Positions 1 to 11,192 are shown, counted from the first letter of the stretch. The stretch is 64,000 nt of DNA from Escherichia coli (GCF_003334405.1 NZ_QOWM01000007.1); one strand, 5' to 3'. Notes: generated by a model not told the origin, from the letters alone. Made by a program: numbers and translations.

Positions 1-8
1 TTTTTTTA

Positions 9-1775
9 TTATTCCGTGACTTCCAGCGTAGTGAAGGCAAACTTCTCGCCATCAAATAGCCCCTGACTGGTTAGTTTTAGCGCGGGGATCACTGGCAGAG
101 AAAGAAACGCCATCTGAATAAACGGCTCATCGGGTAACGGACCGCATTCACGGGCGGCGGCTTTCAAGGCGTCAATTTGTTCCGCCAGCGACTGCGCCGT
201 GTCGGTGCTCATCAGCCCGGCAATGGGTAACGGCAGATGACTTTGTACCTGGCCGTTACGTACCACGCACAGCCCGCCGCCATCCTGAATCACCTGATTG
301 ACCGCCAGCGCCATCTCTTCGGCACTGCGACCGATCACCACAATATTATGGCTGTCATGGCTGACCGTCGCAGCCAGCGCACCTTCATTCAGTCCAAAGC
401 CGCCAAGCAAACCACAAGCCGGAGCCAGCCGTTGCCCGTAACGCTCAAGTACGGCAATAAAGCTCACATCATCGCGATCAAAACCATTTTCGCTGTAGAC
501 GCTGGAGTGGGAGTGCGTAATCAATTCGTTATGGATGACGTCAATGACCCGATAGCGTTTTCCGGGCGTAAATTGCAGGGCAAAGTCGCTGGCGGAAACT
601 GGCTGGCGGGCAATGGTGTTGCCATATGGCGGAGCGGATTGTGCCAGTCTCGCCGACTCTTCCGCCTGTAAGGTTTGCGCATCAATCGGCTCGCCTTTCA
701 CCAGTACCTGCTGCACCGTGACCTTACGCGCATCGCTCAACAGGACGATATCGGCCTGCTTGCCGGGTGCCAGTAAGCCGAGGTGATTCAGACCAAAGTG
801 GCGCGCCGTCGACCAGCTGGCGACGCGATATGCCACATGCAGCGGCACATTGTGTTGTTCGATCAGGCGGCGAATTAAGGCATCGATGTGTCCTTCATGG
901 GCGATCTCCCACGGGTTACGGTCATCGGTACAGAGCATGCATTGCGGGCTGTTAAATTCGTTGATCAACGGTGCCAGCGCGTTGAGATTGCGGGCAGCGG
1001 ACCCTTCGCGGATCATCAACGACATGCCGAGTTGTAATTTCCGGCGTCCTTCTTCCAGCTGATAACTTTCGTGGCAGTTTTCAATACCCGCAGTAATATA
1101 GGCGTTAAGTTCTTTACCACCCAAACCCGGGCAGTGACCGTCCAGCGTCAGGTGGCGAAATGCATCCAGTTTATCGAGCAGCGCATTCTGCCCGCTAATT
1201 ACGCCAGGGTAGTCCATCATTTCTGCAAGGCCGGTAACCTGCGGATGGTCCCGCCAGGCGAGCATCTGTTCAAGGGTAAAACTGGCACCGTTAACATCGC
1301 AGCCTTCCAGGGCGGGTACGCAAGAGCTGACCTGTAAGTACTGGTTTTGCCTTGCCTGTTCGGCACAGCGGGCAAACCAGGCGAATCCGGCTTCGCCCAT
1401 CACGTTGACGATTTCATGAGGGTCGCAAATAACGGTCGTCAGGCCGCGCGGCAGGGTAGCGGTTTCAAAAGTGACCGGCGTCATCATGCTGGATTCAATA
1501 TGCAGGTGAGCATCAATAAACCCTGGCACCGCCGTTGCGCCGCGAGCATCAATCCGCTGCAAAGCCGGAGCATCAGTGTATTCTGCGCCAACACCGGCAA
1601 TGTAACGTCCTTTAATCACAATTGGGCCGGAAATTTCTCCGCCATTGATCAGGTCGAGAATAGAGACATTATCAATAATATAATCGGCAACAGCGTCGCC
1701 ACGGGAAACGGCTAACAATTCCTGGTATTCAGCCCGGCTAATGTGATGAAATTTATGGTTAATAGAATTATTCAT
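9..1775 (-). CDS. ade: adenine deaminase
   Basis: 588-aa ORF, full-length match to E. coli Ade as recalled; amidohydrolase-type metal-binding HxH motif ([10 protein letters not shown]). Confidence 0.93.
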
Positions 1776-1949
1776 ATTTTTCTCATTTTGATTTTATCAA
1801 TTTGATTATTATTTATCATAAAGAAACGTCGCGAGATTATTAAAGAATATCCATTAATGTGCAATTGAAATGTGATAATTATCACTGAACCGTTGTTGTC
1901 ATTTGTTTTACAAAAGCAAGGGATTAAATCTCCTCCAATGGACAAAAAA

Positions 1950-3284
1950 ATGAATAATGACAATACCGATTACGTGAGTAATGAATCAGGGACGCTTTCG
2001 CGATTATTTAAACTACCTCAGCATGGGACCACCGTCCGCACAGAATTGATTGCGGGGATGACCACTTTTTTAACCATGGTGTACATCGTTTTTGTGAACC
2101 CGCAAATCCTCGGCGCGGCACAAATGGACCCGAAAGTGGTGTTTGTTACCACCTGTTTGATTGCCGGTATCGGCAGTATTGCGATGGGGATATTTGCTAA
2201 CTTACCCGTGGCGCTGGCTCCGGCAATGGGGCTGAACGCCTTCTTTGCCTTCGTGGTCGTGGGGGCGATGGGCATCTCCTGGCAGACCGGGATGGGCGCA
2301 ATATTCTGGGGCGCAGTTGGACTATTTTTGCTCACGCTGTTTCGTATCCGGTACTGGATGATCTCCAACATTCCCTTAAGTTTACGTATTGGTATCACCA
2401 GCGGAATTGGATTATTTATCGCCTTAATGGGATTAAAAAATACTGGCGTTATTGTCGCCAATAAAGACACGCTGGTGATGATTGGCGATTTAAGTTCTCA
2501 CGGCGTGTTGTTAGGTATTTTAGGGTTTTTTATTATAACCGTGTTGTCATCACGTCATTTTCATGCCGCGGTGCTGGTTTCTATTGTGGTGACGTCTTGC
2601 TGTGGATTATTTTTCGGTGATGTTCATTTTAGCGGCGTCTATTCCATTCCGCCTGATATTAGCGGCGTCATTGGTGAAGTAGATTTGAGCGGCGCGTTAA
2701 CACTTGAACTCGCCGGTATCATTTTCTCCTTTATGCTGATCAACCTATTTGATTCATCAGGAACATTAATTGGTGTAACTGATAAAGCGGGCTTAATAGA
2801 TGGTAACGGTAAATTCCCCAATATGAATAAGGCGCTGTATGTTGATAGCGTCAGTTCGGTGGCGGGTGCGTTTATCGGCACCTCGTCTGTTACTGCCTAT
2901 ATTGAAAGTACTTCTGGTGTGGCAGTCGGTGGCCGCACGGGGCTGACTGCGGTTGTGGTTGGCGTTATGTTCCTGTTGGTTATGTTCTTCTCACCGCTGG
3001 TGGCGATAGTTCCTCCTTACGCAACCGCCGGAGCGTTAATCTTTGTTGGCGTGCTGATGACTTCGAGCCTGGCGCGCGTTAACTGGGATGATTTTACCGA
3101 ATCGGTGCCTGCGTTTATTACCACGGTGATGATGCCCTTTACTTTCTCGATCACCGAAGGGATTGCACTCGGCTTTATGTCGTACTGCATCATGAAAGTA
3201 TGCACCGGGCGCTGGCGCGATCTGAACCTGTGTGTGGTGGTGGTCGCAGCTCTGTTTGCACTGAAGATTATTCTGGTGGATTAG
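1950..3284 (+). CDS. adeQ: adenine permease (NCS2/AzgA family)
   Basis: Multi-TM ORF matching E. coli AdeQ/YicO; ORF track begins at 1872 but the recalled N-terminus MNNDNTDYV starts at the ATG at 1950 (alternative ATG at 1938). Confidence 0.85.
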   Translation: MNNDNTDYVSNESGTLSRLFKLPQHGTTVRTELIAGMTTFLTMVYIVFVNPQILGAAQMDPKVVFVTTCLIAGIGSIAMGIFANLPVALAPAMGLNAFFAFVVVGAMGISWQTGMGAIFWGAVGLFLLTLFRIRYWMISNIPLSLRIGITSGIGLFIALMGLKNTGVIVANKDTLVMIGDLSSHGVLLGILGFFIITVLSSRHFHAAVLVSIVVTSCCGLFFGDVHFSGVYSIPPDISGVIGEVDLSGALTLELAGIIFSFMLINLFDSSGTLIGVTDKAGLIDGNGKFPNMNKALYVDSVSSVAGAFIGTSSVTAYIESTSGVAVGGRTGLTAVVVGVMFLLVMFFSPLVAIVPPYATAGALIFVGVLMTSSLARVNWDDFTESVPAFITTVMMPFTFSITEGIALGFMSYCIMKVCTGRWRDLNLCVVVVAALFALKIILVD

Positions 3285-3309
3285 TAACTGGCGAGGGTTT
3301 CCAGATATC

Positions 3310-3789
3310 ATGAGTTCTGATTACGCAGGAGAACTCATGATCTGGATAATGCTCGCCACGCTGGCGGTAGTGTTTGTGGTTGGTTTTCGGGTGCTGACAT
3401 CCGGGGCCAGAAAAGCGATTCGCCGTCTCAGCGATCGGCTGAACATCGATGTCGTACCCGTGGAGTCGATGGTCGATCAAATGGGAAAGTCAGCTGGTGA
3501 CGAATTTTTACGTTATTTGCATCGTCCGGATGAGTCGCACCTGCAAAACGCCGCGCAGGTGTTGCTCATCTGGCAAATTGTCATTGTCGATGGTAGCGAA
3601 CAGAACCTGCTGCAATGGCATCGGATTTTACAAAAAGCTCGCCTCGCCGCGCCGATTACCGACGCTCAGGTCAGGCTGGCGCTAGGTTTTCTGCGCGAAA
3701 CCGAACCTGAAATGCAGGATATTAATGCTTTTCAGATGCGCTATAACGCGTTCTTTCAGCCTGCCGAGGGCGTTCACTGGTTGCATTGA
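3310..3789 (+). CDS. yicN: DUF1198 family inner-membrane protein YicN
   Basis: 159-aa ORF with N-terminal hydrophobic helix, conserved synteny between adeQ and nepI; true start may be the internal ATG at 3337. Confidence 0.75.
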   Translation: MSSDYAGELMIWIMLATLAVVFVVGFRVLTSGARKAIRRLSDRLNIDVVPVESMVDQMGKSAGDEFLRYLHRPDESHLQNAAQVLLIWQIVIVDGSEQNLLQWHRILQKARLAAPITDAQVRLALGFLRETEPEMQDINAFQMRYNAFFQPAEGVHWLH

Positions 3790-3999
3790 AACCGTTTCGT
3801 CTTATCAGCCTACAGACCGCGCCTGACCTGTCGGGTGGATAAGACGTTCACGCCGCATCCGGTAATCTTTGCCCTGTTCCGTTTCGATCTTAACTCCAGC
3901 TCAAGCAACACCGTAAAAGTTGCAAAAACGTTAAATGCGTCACACATTTCAATGTTAAAGTGGTCGGCTTTTCCCCTGAAACATGCCACGGGTAACACC

Positions 4000-5190
4000 A
4001 TGAGTGAATTTATTGCCGAAAACCGCGGCGCGGATGCCATCACCCGACCGAACTGGTCAGCCGTTTTCTCGGTGGCGTTTTGTGTCGCCTGTCTGATTAT
4101 CGTTGAGTTTTTGCCCGTCAGTTTGTTGACGCCAATGGCCCAGGATTTAGGCATTTCGGAAGGGGTTGCCGGGCAATCGGTGACCGTGACCGCCTTTGTG
4201 GCAATGTTTGCCAGTTTGTTTATTACCCAGACAATTCAGGCTACTGACCGCCGCTACGTTGTTATTTTGTTTGCCGTTTTGCTGACGCTCTCCTGCTTGC
4301 TGGTTTCCTTTGCTAACTCATTCAGTTTGCTTTTAATCGGTCGTGCCTGTCTGGGGCTGGCGCTGGGCGGGTTCTGGGCGATGTCGGCGTCGCTGACCAT
4401 GCGTCTGGTGCCGCCGCGTACGGTGCCGAAGGCGCTGTCGGTGATCTTCGGCGCGGTTTCTATTGCGCTGGTGATTGCCGCGCCGTTGGGCAGTTTTTTA
4501 GGCGAGCTTATCGGTTGGCGCAATGTCTTTAATGCGGCGGCGGTGATGGGCGTGCTGTGTATTTTCTGGATTATCAAATCATTGCCTTCACTGCCAGGCG
4601 AACCCTCGCATCAGAAACAAAATACTTTCCGCTTATTACAACGTCCGGGTGTGATGGCAGGGATGATCGCCATCTTCATGTCTTTCGCCGGGCAGTTTGC
4701 TTTCTTCACGTATATTCGCCCGGTGTATATGAACCTGGCGGGATTCGGCGTGGATGGCTTAACGCTGGTGCTGTTGAGTTTTGGTATCGCCAGCTTTATT
4801 GGTACGTCGCTTTCGTCGTTCATTCTTAAACGTTCGGTAAAACTGGCCTTAGCAGGCGCGCCGTTAATACTGGCTGTGAGTGCGTTGGTACTGACGTTGT
4901 GGGGAAGCGATAAAATCGTTGCTACCGGCGTGGCGATTATCTGGGGGCTAACTTTTGCATTGGTTCCCGTCGGCTGGTCAACGTGGATCACCCGCTCGCT
5001 GGCCGATCAGGCAGAAAAAGCCGGGTCTATTCAGGTGGCGGTTATTCAGCTTGCTAATACCTGTGGCGCGGCAATCGGCGGTTATGCGCTGGATAATATT
5101 GGTCTGACTTCGCCGTTGATGTTGTCCGGCACATTGATGTTGCTGACTGCATTGTTGGTTACTGCAAAGGTGAAAATGAAGAAATCCTGA
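4000..5190 (+). CDS. nepI: purine ribonucleoside efflux pump (MFS)
   Basis: ORF track starts at 3835, but the MFS protein begins [10 protein letters not shown] at the ATG at 4000 (396 aa); 12-TM pattern. Confidence 0.88.
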   Translation: MSEFIAENRGADAITRPNWSAVFSVAFCVACLIIVEFLPVSLLTPMAQDLGISEGVAGQSVTVTAFVAMFASLFITQTIQATDRRYVVILFAVLLTLSCLLVSFANSFSLLLIGRACLGLALGGFWAMSASLTMRLVPPRTVPKALSVIFGAVSIALVIAAPLGSFLGELIGWRNVFNAAAVMGVLCIFWIIKSLPSLPGEPSHQKQNTFRLLQRPGVMAGMIAIFMSFAGQFAFFTYIRPVYMNLAGFGVDGLTLVLLSFGIASFIGTSLSSFILKRSVKLALAGAPLILAVSALVLTLWGSDKIVATGVAIIWGLTFALVPVGWSTWITRSLADQAEKAGSIQVAVIQLANTCGAAIGGYALDNIGLTSPLMLSGTLMLLTALLVTAKVKMKKS

Positions 5191-5230
5191 TATCAGGTAA
5201 AGAAGCGTTGGTCAGTAGTTGTTGCTGTTC

Positions 5231-5524
5231 TTACATATCCGGGCATTCTACCTTACCCAACGCTTCCCAATAATTGCTCTGATTATTACGTTCCATCGCC
5301 ACGATGGCCTCGCGTATATGTTGTTTATTGTTTTCATCTGACAACATTAACTTTTCCCACGCTTCATCTGATAATGACGCCTGTGGCGTGCAAATTTTAC
5401 GTAAATCTTGTAATACCGTGGTTTTCTCTTTTGCGGACTGCAGTGAGCTAAAAGGCGACTCGGCGTATACGATGCCTGGCATAGCGAAAAAAGTGAAAAT
5501 AAGCAGTAGTGTCGTTGGTTTCAT
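5231..5524 (-). CDS. yicS: small secreted protein YicS
   Basis: 97-aa ORF with N-terminal signal peptide (MKPTTLLLIFTFFAMPGIVYA). Confidence 0.8.
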   Translation of the reverse strand: MKPTTLLLIFTFFAMPGIVYAESPFSSLQSAKEKTTVLQDLRKICTPQASLSDEAWEKLMLSDENNKQHIREAIVAMERNNQSNYWEALGKVECPDM

Positions 5525-5745
5525 GGATTCAACCTTTTACAAATGTGTATCGAATGAAGCATAAGTGTAGTTTGCTTTCATCGCTCTCATCATGCTGTAC
5601 GAAACGCGCTTGCGTGGTCAGTAAGAAGTGCCAGACTTTATATTCCACTTTTATTCCTTTTTATTCTTATCGATAGCGTTTCGTTTTTTAAACCGCAGCG
5701 ACCTTACCGCTATAGTCAGGTAATCATTAATAAAAGGATAAAAAA

Positions 5746-6564
5746 ATGAAACTGACAACACATCATCTACGGACAGGGGCCGCATTATTGCTGGCCGGAA
5801 TTCTGCTGGCAGGTTGCGACCAGAGTAGCAGCGATGCAAAACACATTAAAGTTGGCGTTATAAATGGCGCAGAACAAGATGTCGCGGAAGTCGCTAAAAA
5901 GGTGGCAAAAGAGAAATATGGCCTCGATGTTGAACTGGTAGGATTTAGCGGTTCGTTGCTACCGAACGATGCGACAAATCATGGCGAACTTGATGCGAAT
6001 GTCTTCCAGCATCGACCCTTTCTTGAACAAGATAATCAGGCGCATGGTTATAAACTGGTAGCGGTGGGAAATACGTTTGTCTTCCCTATGGCGGGTTATT
6101 CCAAAAAAATCAAAACCGTGGCGCAAATAAAAGAAGGCGCGACAGTGGCGATCCCCAACGACCCGACCAACCTTGGTCGCGCACTTTTACTGTTGCAAAA
6201 AGAGAAGCTAATTACTCTGAAAGAGGGAAAAGGGTTATTACCTACCGCGCTGGATATAACCGATAATCCTCGTCATTTGCAGATTATGGAACTCGAGGGG
6301 GCGCAGCTCCCGCGCGTACTGGATGATCCCAAAGTTGATGTAGCGATTATCAGCACCACTTACATTCAGCAGACCGGGCTTTCTCCGGTGCACGACAGCG
6401 TATTTATTGAAGATAAGAATTCGCCGTATGTGAATATTTTGGTGGCACGGGAAGATAATAAGAATGCAGAAAACGTGAAGGAATTTCTGCAATCTTATCA
6501 ATCACCCGAAGTCGCTAAAGCGGCAGAAACCATTTTTAACGGTGGCGCGGTGCCTGGCTGGTAA
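5746..6564 (+). CDS. nlpA: lipoprotein-28, methionine-binding NlpA family
   Basis: 272-aa ORF with lipobox LLAGC; matches E. coli NlpA. Confidence 0.92.
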   Translation: MKLTTHHLRTGAALLLAGILLAGCDQSSSDAKHIKVGVINGAEQDVAEVAKKVAKEKYGLDVELVGFSGSLLPNDATNHGELDANVFQHRPFLEQDNQAHGYKLVAVGNTFVFPMAGYSKKIKTVAQIKEGATVAIPNDPTNLGRALLLLQKEKLITLKEGKGLLPTALDITDNPRHLQIMELEGAQLPRVLDDPKVDVAIISTTYIQQTGLSPVHDSVFIEDKNSPYVNILVAREDNKNAENVKEFLQSYQSPEVAKAAETIFNGGAVPGW

Positions 6565-6567
6565 TTC

Positions 6568-7491
6568 TCACTTATGCCGCGCCGGACGATTTATTTTTCT
6601 GGCGCGGCGACGGGAATCCATTGAAATCAAAATCACCGATGACAGAATCAGCAGCGTTCCCAGCCAGTCCGGTAATGTGAACGTGATCCCCAGCAACAGC
6701 AAAGAGAGTAGCGCGCTACTTAATGGTTCTGCACAGCTCAAAATGCTGGCTTTTGGACCGCCAATTAATTGTGCTCCTTTCAGGTACAGACTAAATGTCA
6801 GGGACGTACCAATGACCACCAAATAAAAAAACGCCAGAATCAAACTGCCGTTAACGACAAAGTTTGTTCCTTGTCTGGCATAAAAAGGCAACAGAATCAG
6901 ACCGCCAATCAGCATACTCCAGCCGACGACTGGTAACGTGCCATAGCGGGCAATTAGCGTTGAGGGATAGGTGGTATAGAATGCAGCAGCAAATGCCGAG
7001 GCAATGCCCCAGAACAACGCGGCAGGAGAGATCGATAATGACGTCGGATTACCGTGTGTCACCAATAAAAAAGTCCCGACCAGCGATGTCAAAATAGCGC
7101 AGAAAACCAGAATGCCCGGGCGCGATTTACGCACCAGTGAGAACCAGGCGACGATAATCGTCGGTGAGAGGAATTGCAGCACCGTTGCCGTGGCTGCGTT
7201 CGATTTTTCGATGGTTAGCAAAAAAGTGAGCTGTACAGTTAGCGCGCCAACCACGGAAAAAATCAGCAGGCTAATGGCATCTTTATGATTGTTAATAATA
7301 GAAAAGATTTTATCGCCATGAACAAATGACAGCGTCAGTAGAATCAAACCGGCGAATATCAAACGCGTCATAGTCAAAAACTGCGACGACATCTGGCTTT
7401 GCTCCATGATGTATTGCGCGCAGACCCCTGAACTTCCCCACAACACGGCGGCAATCAGAACGTTCAGCATCCCCTTTCTGGTGGAACCCAT
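6568..7491 (-). CDS. yicL: EamA/DMT family transporter YicL
   Basis: 307-aa 10-TM ORF, conserved position between nlpA and setC. Confidence 0.85.
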
Positions 7492-7601
7492 TTTTCCCTC
7501 TGCATACTGTTTTGTCGTTTATGTATGCAGGCATGATAGCAAAAATGGCGAGGATGGCTCTGTTTGCGCCACGCCGATTTTTCTTAGCCCAGACTGGTGA
7601 G

Positions 7602-8786
7602 CTAAATATCTTTAATAAACAGCAGGCAAATCATCGCAATACCCAACATCCCTATCGCCAGCCAGAACAACGCATGGTAGCTCCAGATTTCAACCATAAT
7701 TCCGTCAACAGAGCCGGCGATAATCCAGCCGACGCGTGAAGTATTTGCATATAACGTTGTCGCAGAGCCTATTTTTTCAGGCATCAAGTCCTGAAAATAA
7801 AGCATGCCGATACCACAGAGAATACCAAGGAAGATGGCATTAAGAATTTGCAATTCCAGCTCAACCGCCGGAGTCGTCGCCATGAGTACGCTGGCGTAAA
7901 AACACATTCCACTCACGATAGCAATGAGCATTAATAGTCGCTTGCCAATACGTTTCATGTAATAGCCTGCGATTAACATCATCGGAATTTCCAGACCGGC
8001 AGCGATACCAATCATTTCTCCAGCCAGTTTATCGGTTAGATGCAGTTCATCAATAATAAATAGCGGCATATTTATCATGTAGAGATTATTCGCCGCCCAC
8101 ATCATTGAACAGACCACAAAAAGTAGCCGCGTATCCCGCTTCCTGTGGGTGGAGGGTAAAATTTCTACGGGTTGGGTAACGACAGGAATATTTCTTTGTA
8201 TTGATGGCAAAAACAACCAGACTATCAGTCCGCAAACAACAAATGCGATGGCAGCGGTGAGATACATCACTTTAAAACTAAATCCCATTGCCAGTTCATA
8301 AGCGAGCGGTGGCCCGATAACCCAGGCAAGCGAGATCTGAGCACGTAAAAATGTACTGAACATGACCGTCTCACGGCCTGTTCTGTCGGCGTGTTCACGG
8401 GCGAGGGCGAACATTTGCGGGTTTGCGGTGGAAGCAAAACTACTCAGAAGTACGCCCGTTGAGAGGAGAATGAAGTAGTTGCGATTCCACGCAAAAAGCG
8501 TGCAGGCCAGCACTCCAAATAAGCAACATAGCAGAATCAGTAATTTACGGTCGCCTTGTTTATCGGAGTGCCTTGCCAGAAATTGACTGACCAGAATTCC
8601 CATAATAGCGCTACCGGTGAAGAAAAAACCTACCATTATAGGACGGGCTTTCAGTTCATCTGCGAGGAATATACTTAGGGTAGGAGTCTGAAGAGCGCCC
8701 GCAATACCCGTCAGAAAGGCGACAAGTAAAAATGCCGCGGCAGTGAGATCAAGTATTTTTGATGGAGTGGTAGCCGTTTTTTGCAT
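7602..8786 (-). CDS. setC: sugar efflux transporter SetC (MFS)
   Basis: 394-aa MFS ORF matching SetC/YicK. Confidence 0.88.
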   Translation of the reverse strand: MQKTATTPSKILDLTAAAFLLVAFLTGIAGALQTPTLSIFLADELKARPIMVGFFFTGSAIMGILVSQFLARHSDKQGDRKLLILLCCLFGVLACTLFAWNRNYFILLSTGVLLSSFASTANPQMFALAREHADRTGRETVMFSTFLRAQISLAWVIGPPLAYELAMGFSFKVMYLTAAIAFVVCGLIVWLFLPSIQRNIPVVTQPVEILPSTHRKRDTRLLFVVCSMMWAANNLYMINMPLFIIDELHLTDKLAGEMIGIAAGLEIPMMLIAGYYMKRIGKRLLMLIAIVSGMCFYASVLMATTPAVELELQILNAIFLGILCGIGMLYFQDLMPEKIGSATTLYANTSRVGWIIAGSVDGIMVEIWSYHALFWLAIGMLGIAMICLLFIKDI

Positions 8787-9422
8787 TCTTCTGAATCACC
8801 GGGCGAAAAAATATAACTGAGTTACAAATAAGTACCAGTCGAATGAGTATTGTATTAAGAATTTTTGAGTATCGCTGATACAACCAGAAAGCAATGCTAG
8901 CGCAATATTATAGGGCCAGCAATTGAGATTATTAGTAAAAGCATGTTAAGAATTAATTACCGAATTTATATATTAATTATAGTAAGGCAATGAGCTATTT
9001 TTGATAGTAAAAATAAAACAAGTTGATTTGATATATTAAATGAACAAATTAATCTTGATGGCAGTCTGATTATTGGTGAAGTTTATAGTCAGTTTTTTTC
9101 GCCAGCGGTTAAAGAAATAGAATAGTCGTATAAAAAAGGGTGTTCTGGGGCGAGTAAAACAACATCTTCACCTTAATGGCGATACAGTTGGCTGAGAGTC
9201 AGCAGGGGGGCAAATCACCTGCAAATAAACACGGCGCATACTGGCGTGAATATCGCGGATGCGTTCGAGGACAGAAGAACCGACAGGCGGATTCTTCAGC
9301 CGCTCATCGTCCATCACAAAACCTTAGACCAGGTATTCCTGAAGCCGATTGAATATTGAGCAGTAGAAAATATCTGGATTGACAGTATTACAAGGGGTTG
9401 GAGAACGTCAGGAGAGGCATTT

Positions 9423-9517
9423 TGGCGGAAGATCACAGGAGTCGAACCTGCCCGGGACCGCTGGCGGCCCCAACTGGATTTGAAGTCCAGCCGCCTCACC
9501 GGAGACGACGATCTTCC
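9423..9517 (-). tRNA. selC: tRNA-Sec (selenocysteine, anticodon UCA)
   Basis: The reverse complement of 9423..9517 reads GGAAGATCGTCGTCTCCGGTGAGGCGGCTGGACTTCAAATCCAGTTGGGGCCGCCAGCGGTCCCGGGCAGGTTCGACTCCTGTGATCTTCCGCCA, the 95-nt E. coli selC tRNA with long variable arm and encoded CCA. Confidence 0.97.
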
Positions 9518-9548
9518 GCGCCTCGATTGCTACATGGAGGCGGGGCGC

Positions 9549-9554
9549 ATTATA
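9549..9554 (-). promoter_or_regulatory. candidate -10 hexamer (TATAAT) of the selC promoter with GC-rich discriminator
   Basis: Minus strand reads ...gtagcTATAATgcgccccgcc... about 30 nt upstream of the mature tRNA 5' end; the GC-rich discriminator is typical of stable-RNA promoters; -35 not clearly assignable. Confidence 0.45.
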
Positions 9555-9809
9555 GCTACTTCCTTGAGTTTCTACATCCCCCAGATCAGTTTTTTCCGCC
9601 TAATACACGCAGCGTATTATCACGAAAGCATTATAGTTCATATAAAATCCATATTTTACAATGATATATGAGCGGAATTAACGCTACCACGATCACATAA
9701 AACAAGAATCATAAATTAATAACCAGATATCGGAATATTCGCTCTCACAGGGATGGTTTACAAAATGCGTTATCGGTCTCAGCACCCCTATAGCATCAAG
9801 GAAAAGTAG

Positions 9810-11192
9810 ATGAAGAGTGAAGTGTTGTCCGTTAAAGAGAAAATTGGTTATGGCATGGGAGACGCCGCCAGCCACATTATTTTCGATAACGTAATGTTAT
9901 ATATGATGTTCTTTTATACCGATATTTTTGGCATTCCTGCCGGATTTGTCGGAACCATGTTTTTGGTCGCTCGTGCACTGGATGCGATTTCCGATCCTTG
10001 CATGGGGTTGTTGGCCGATCGAACGCGCTCTCGCTGGGGTAAATTTCGTCCGTGGGTACTGTTTGGCGCACTGCCATTTGGGATCGTCTGTGTACTGGCC
10101 TATAGCACGCCAGATCTCAGTATGAACGGAAAAATGATTTATGCAGCAATTACTTACACCCTACTTACCTTACTTTATACCGTCGTCAATATCCCTTACT
10201 GCGCATTGGGTGGTGTAATCACCAATGACCCGACTCAGCGTATCTCGCTGCAATCCTGGCGTTTTGTGCTGGCGACCGCGGGAGGCATGCTTTCTACGGT
10301 TCTGATGATGCCACTGGTTAATTTAATTGGTGGTGATAATAAACCACTCGGTTTCCAGGGTGGTATCGCGGTCCTTTCCGTGGTGGCATTCATGATGCTG
10401 GCATTCTGTTTCTTCACCACTAAAGAACGCGTTGAAGCACCACCTACAACGACGTCTATGCGGGAAGATTTACGTGATATCTGGCAAAACGACCAGTGGC
10501 GGATTGTCGGTTTACTAACCATTTTCAATATCCTGGCGGTGTGCGTACGCGGTGGAGCGATGATGTATTACGTCACATGGATTTTGGGTACGCCGGAAGT
10601 GTTTGTCGCTTTTCTCACCACTTATTGCGTGGGTAACCTGATTGGTTCCGCTCTGGCAAAACCGCTGACCGACTGGAAATGTAAAGTCACTATTTTCTGG
10701 TGGACGAACGCCCTGCTGGCAGTGATTAGCCTCGCGATGTTCTTTGTTCCCATGCAGGCCAGCATCACTATGTTTGTCTTCATCTTCGTGATTGGTGTGT
10801 TGCATCAACTGGTGACACCTATCCAGTGGGTAATGATGTCCGATACCGTCGACTACGGCGAGTGGTGCAATGGTAAACGCCTGACCGGGATCAGTTTTGC
10901 TGGCACGCTGTTTGTGCTCAAACTGGGGTTGGCCTTCGGCGGCGCTCTTATCGGCTGGATGCTGGCTTATGGCGGATATGATGCGGCAGAAAAAGCGCAG
11001 AACAGCGCCACGATTAGCATCATTATTGCGCTATTCACGATTGTTCCGGCGATCTGTTATTTGCTGAGCGCGATTATCGCTAAACGCTACTACTCACTCA
11101 CGACGCACAATCTGAAAACCGTTATGGAACAGCTGGCCCAGGGCAAACGCCGTTGCCAGCAACAATTCACCTCTCAAGAAGTGCAGAACTAA
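9810..11192 (+). CDS. yicJ: GPH-family glycoside/cation symporter (putative xyloside transporter)
   Basis: 460-aa 12-TM ORF matching YicJ; immediately upstream of yicI. Confidence 0.88.
   Translation: MKSEVLSVKEKIGYGMGDAASHIIFDNVMLYMMFFYTDIFGIPAGFVGTMFLVARALDAISDPCMGLLADRTRSRWGKFRPWVLFGALPFGIVCVLAYSTPDLSMNGKMIYAAITYTLLTLLYTVVNIPYCALGGVITNDPTQRISLQSWRFVLATAGGMLSTVLMMPLVNLIGGDNKPLGFQGGIAVLSVVAFMMLAFCFFTTKERVEAPPTTTSMREDLRDIWQNDQWRIVGLLTIFNILAVCVRGGAMMYYVTWILGTPEVFVAFLTTYCVGNLIGSALAKPLTDWKCKVTIFWWTNALLAVISLAMFFVPMQASITMFVFIFVIGVLHQLVTPIQWVMMSDTVDYGEWCNGKRLTGISFAGTLFVLKLGLAFGGALIGWMLAYGGYDAAEKAQNSATISIIIALFTIVPAICYLLSAIIAKRYYSLTTHNLKTVMEQLAQGKRRCQQQFTSQEVQN

Noticed and set aside
1772-1963. 63-aa minus-strand ORF in the ade-adeQ intergenic region
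   Set aside because: It is extremely AT-rich with an Ile/Asn/Phe-biased translation and overlaps the divergent promoter region; most likely non-coding.
3835-3999. N-terminal 55-codon extension of nepI in the ORF track (and similar upstream extensions of gmk, recG, coaBC, coaD, gpmI, yicG, slmA, rph, pyrE)
   Set aside because: The extensions lack the conserved protein N-termini and arise from in-frame upstream codons; starts were reset to the positions matching the recalled proteins.
8787-9422. Possible pathogenicity island or prophage remnant at selC
   Set aside because: Only 636 bp separate selC from setC and there is no integrase, no mobility gene and no obvious att duplication; kept only as a note on the empty site.
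9314-9499. 61-aa minus-strand ORF overlapping selC
   Set aside because: It is the tRNA-Sec gene read as protein; the tRNA assignment is unambiguous.
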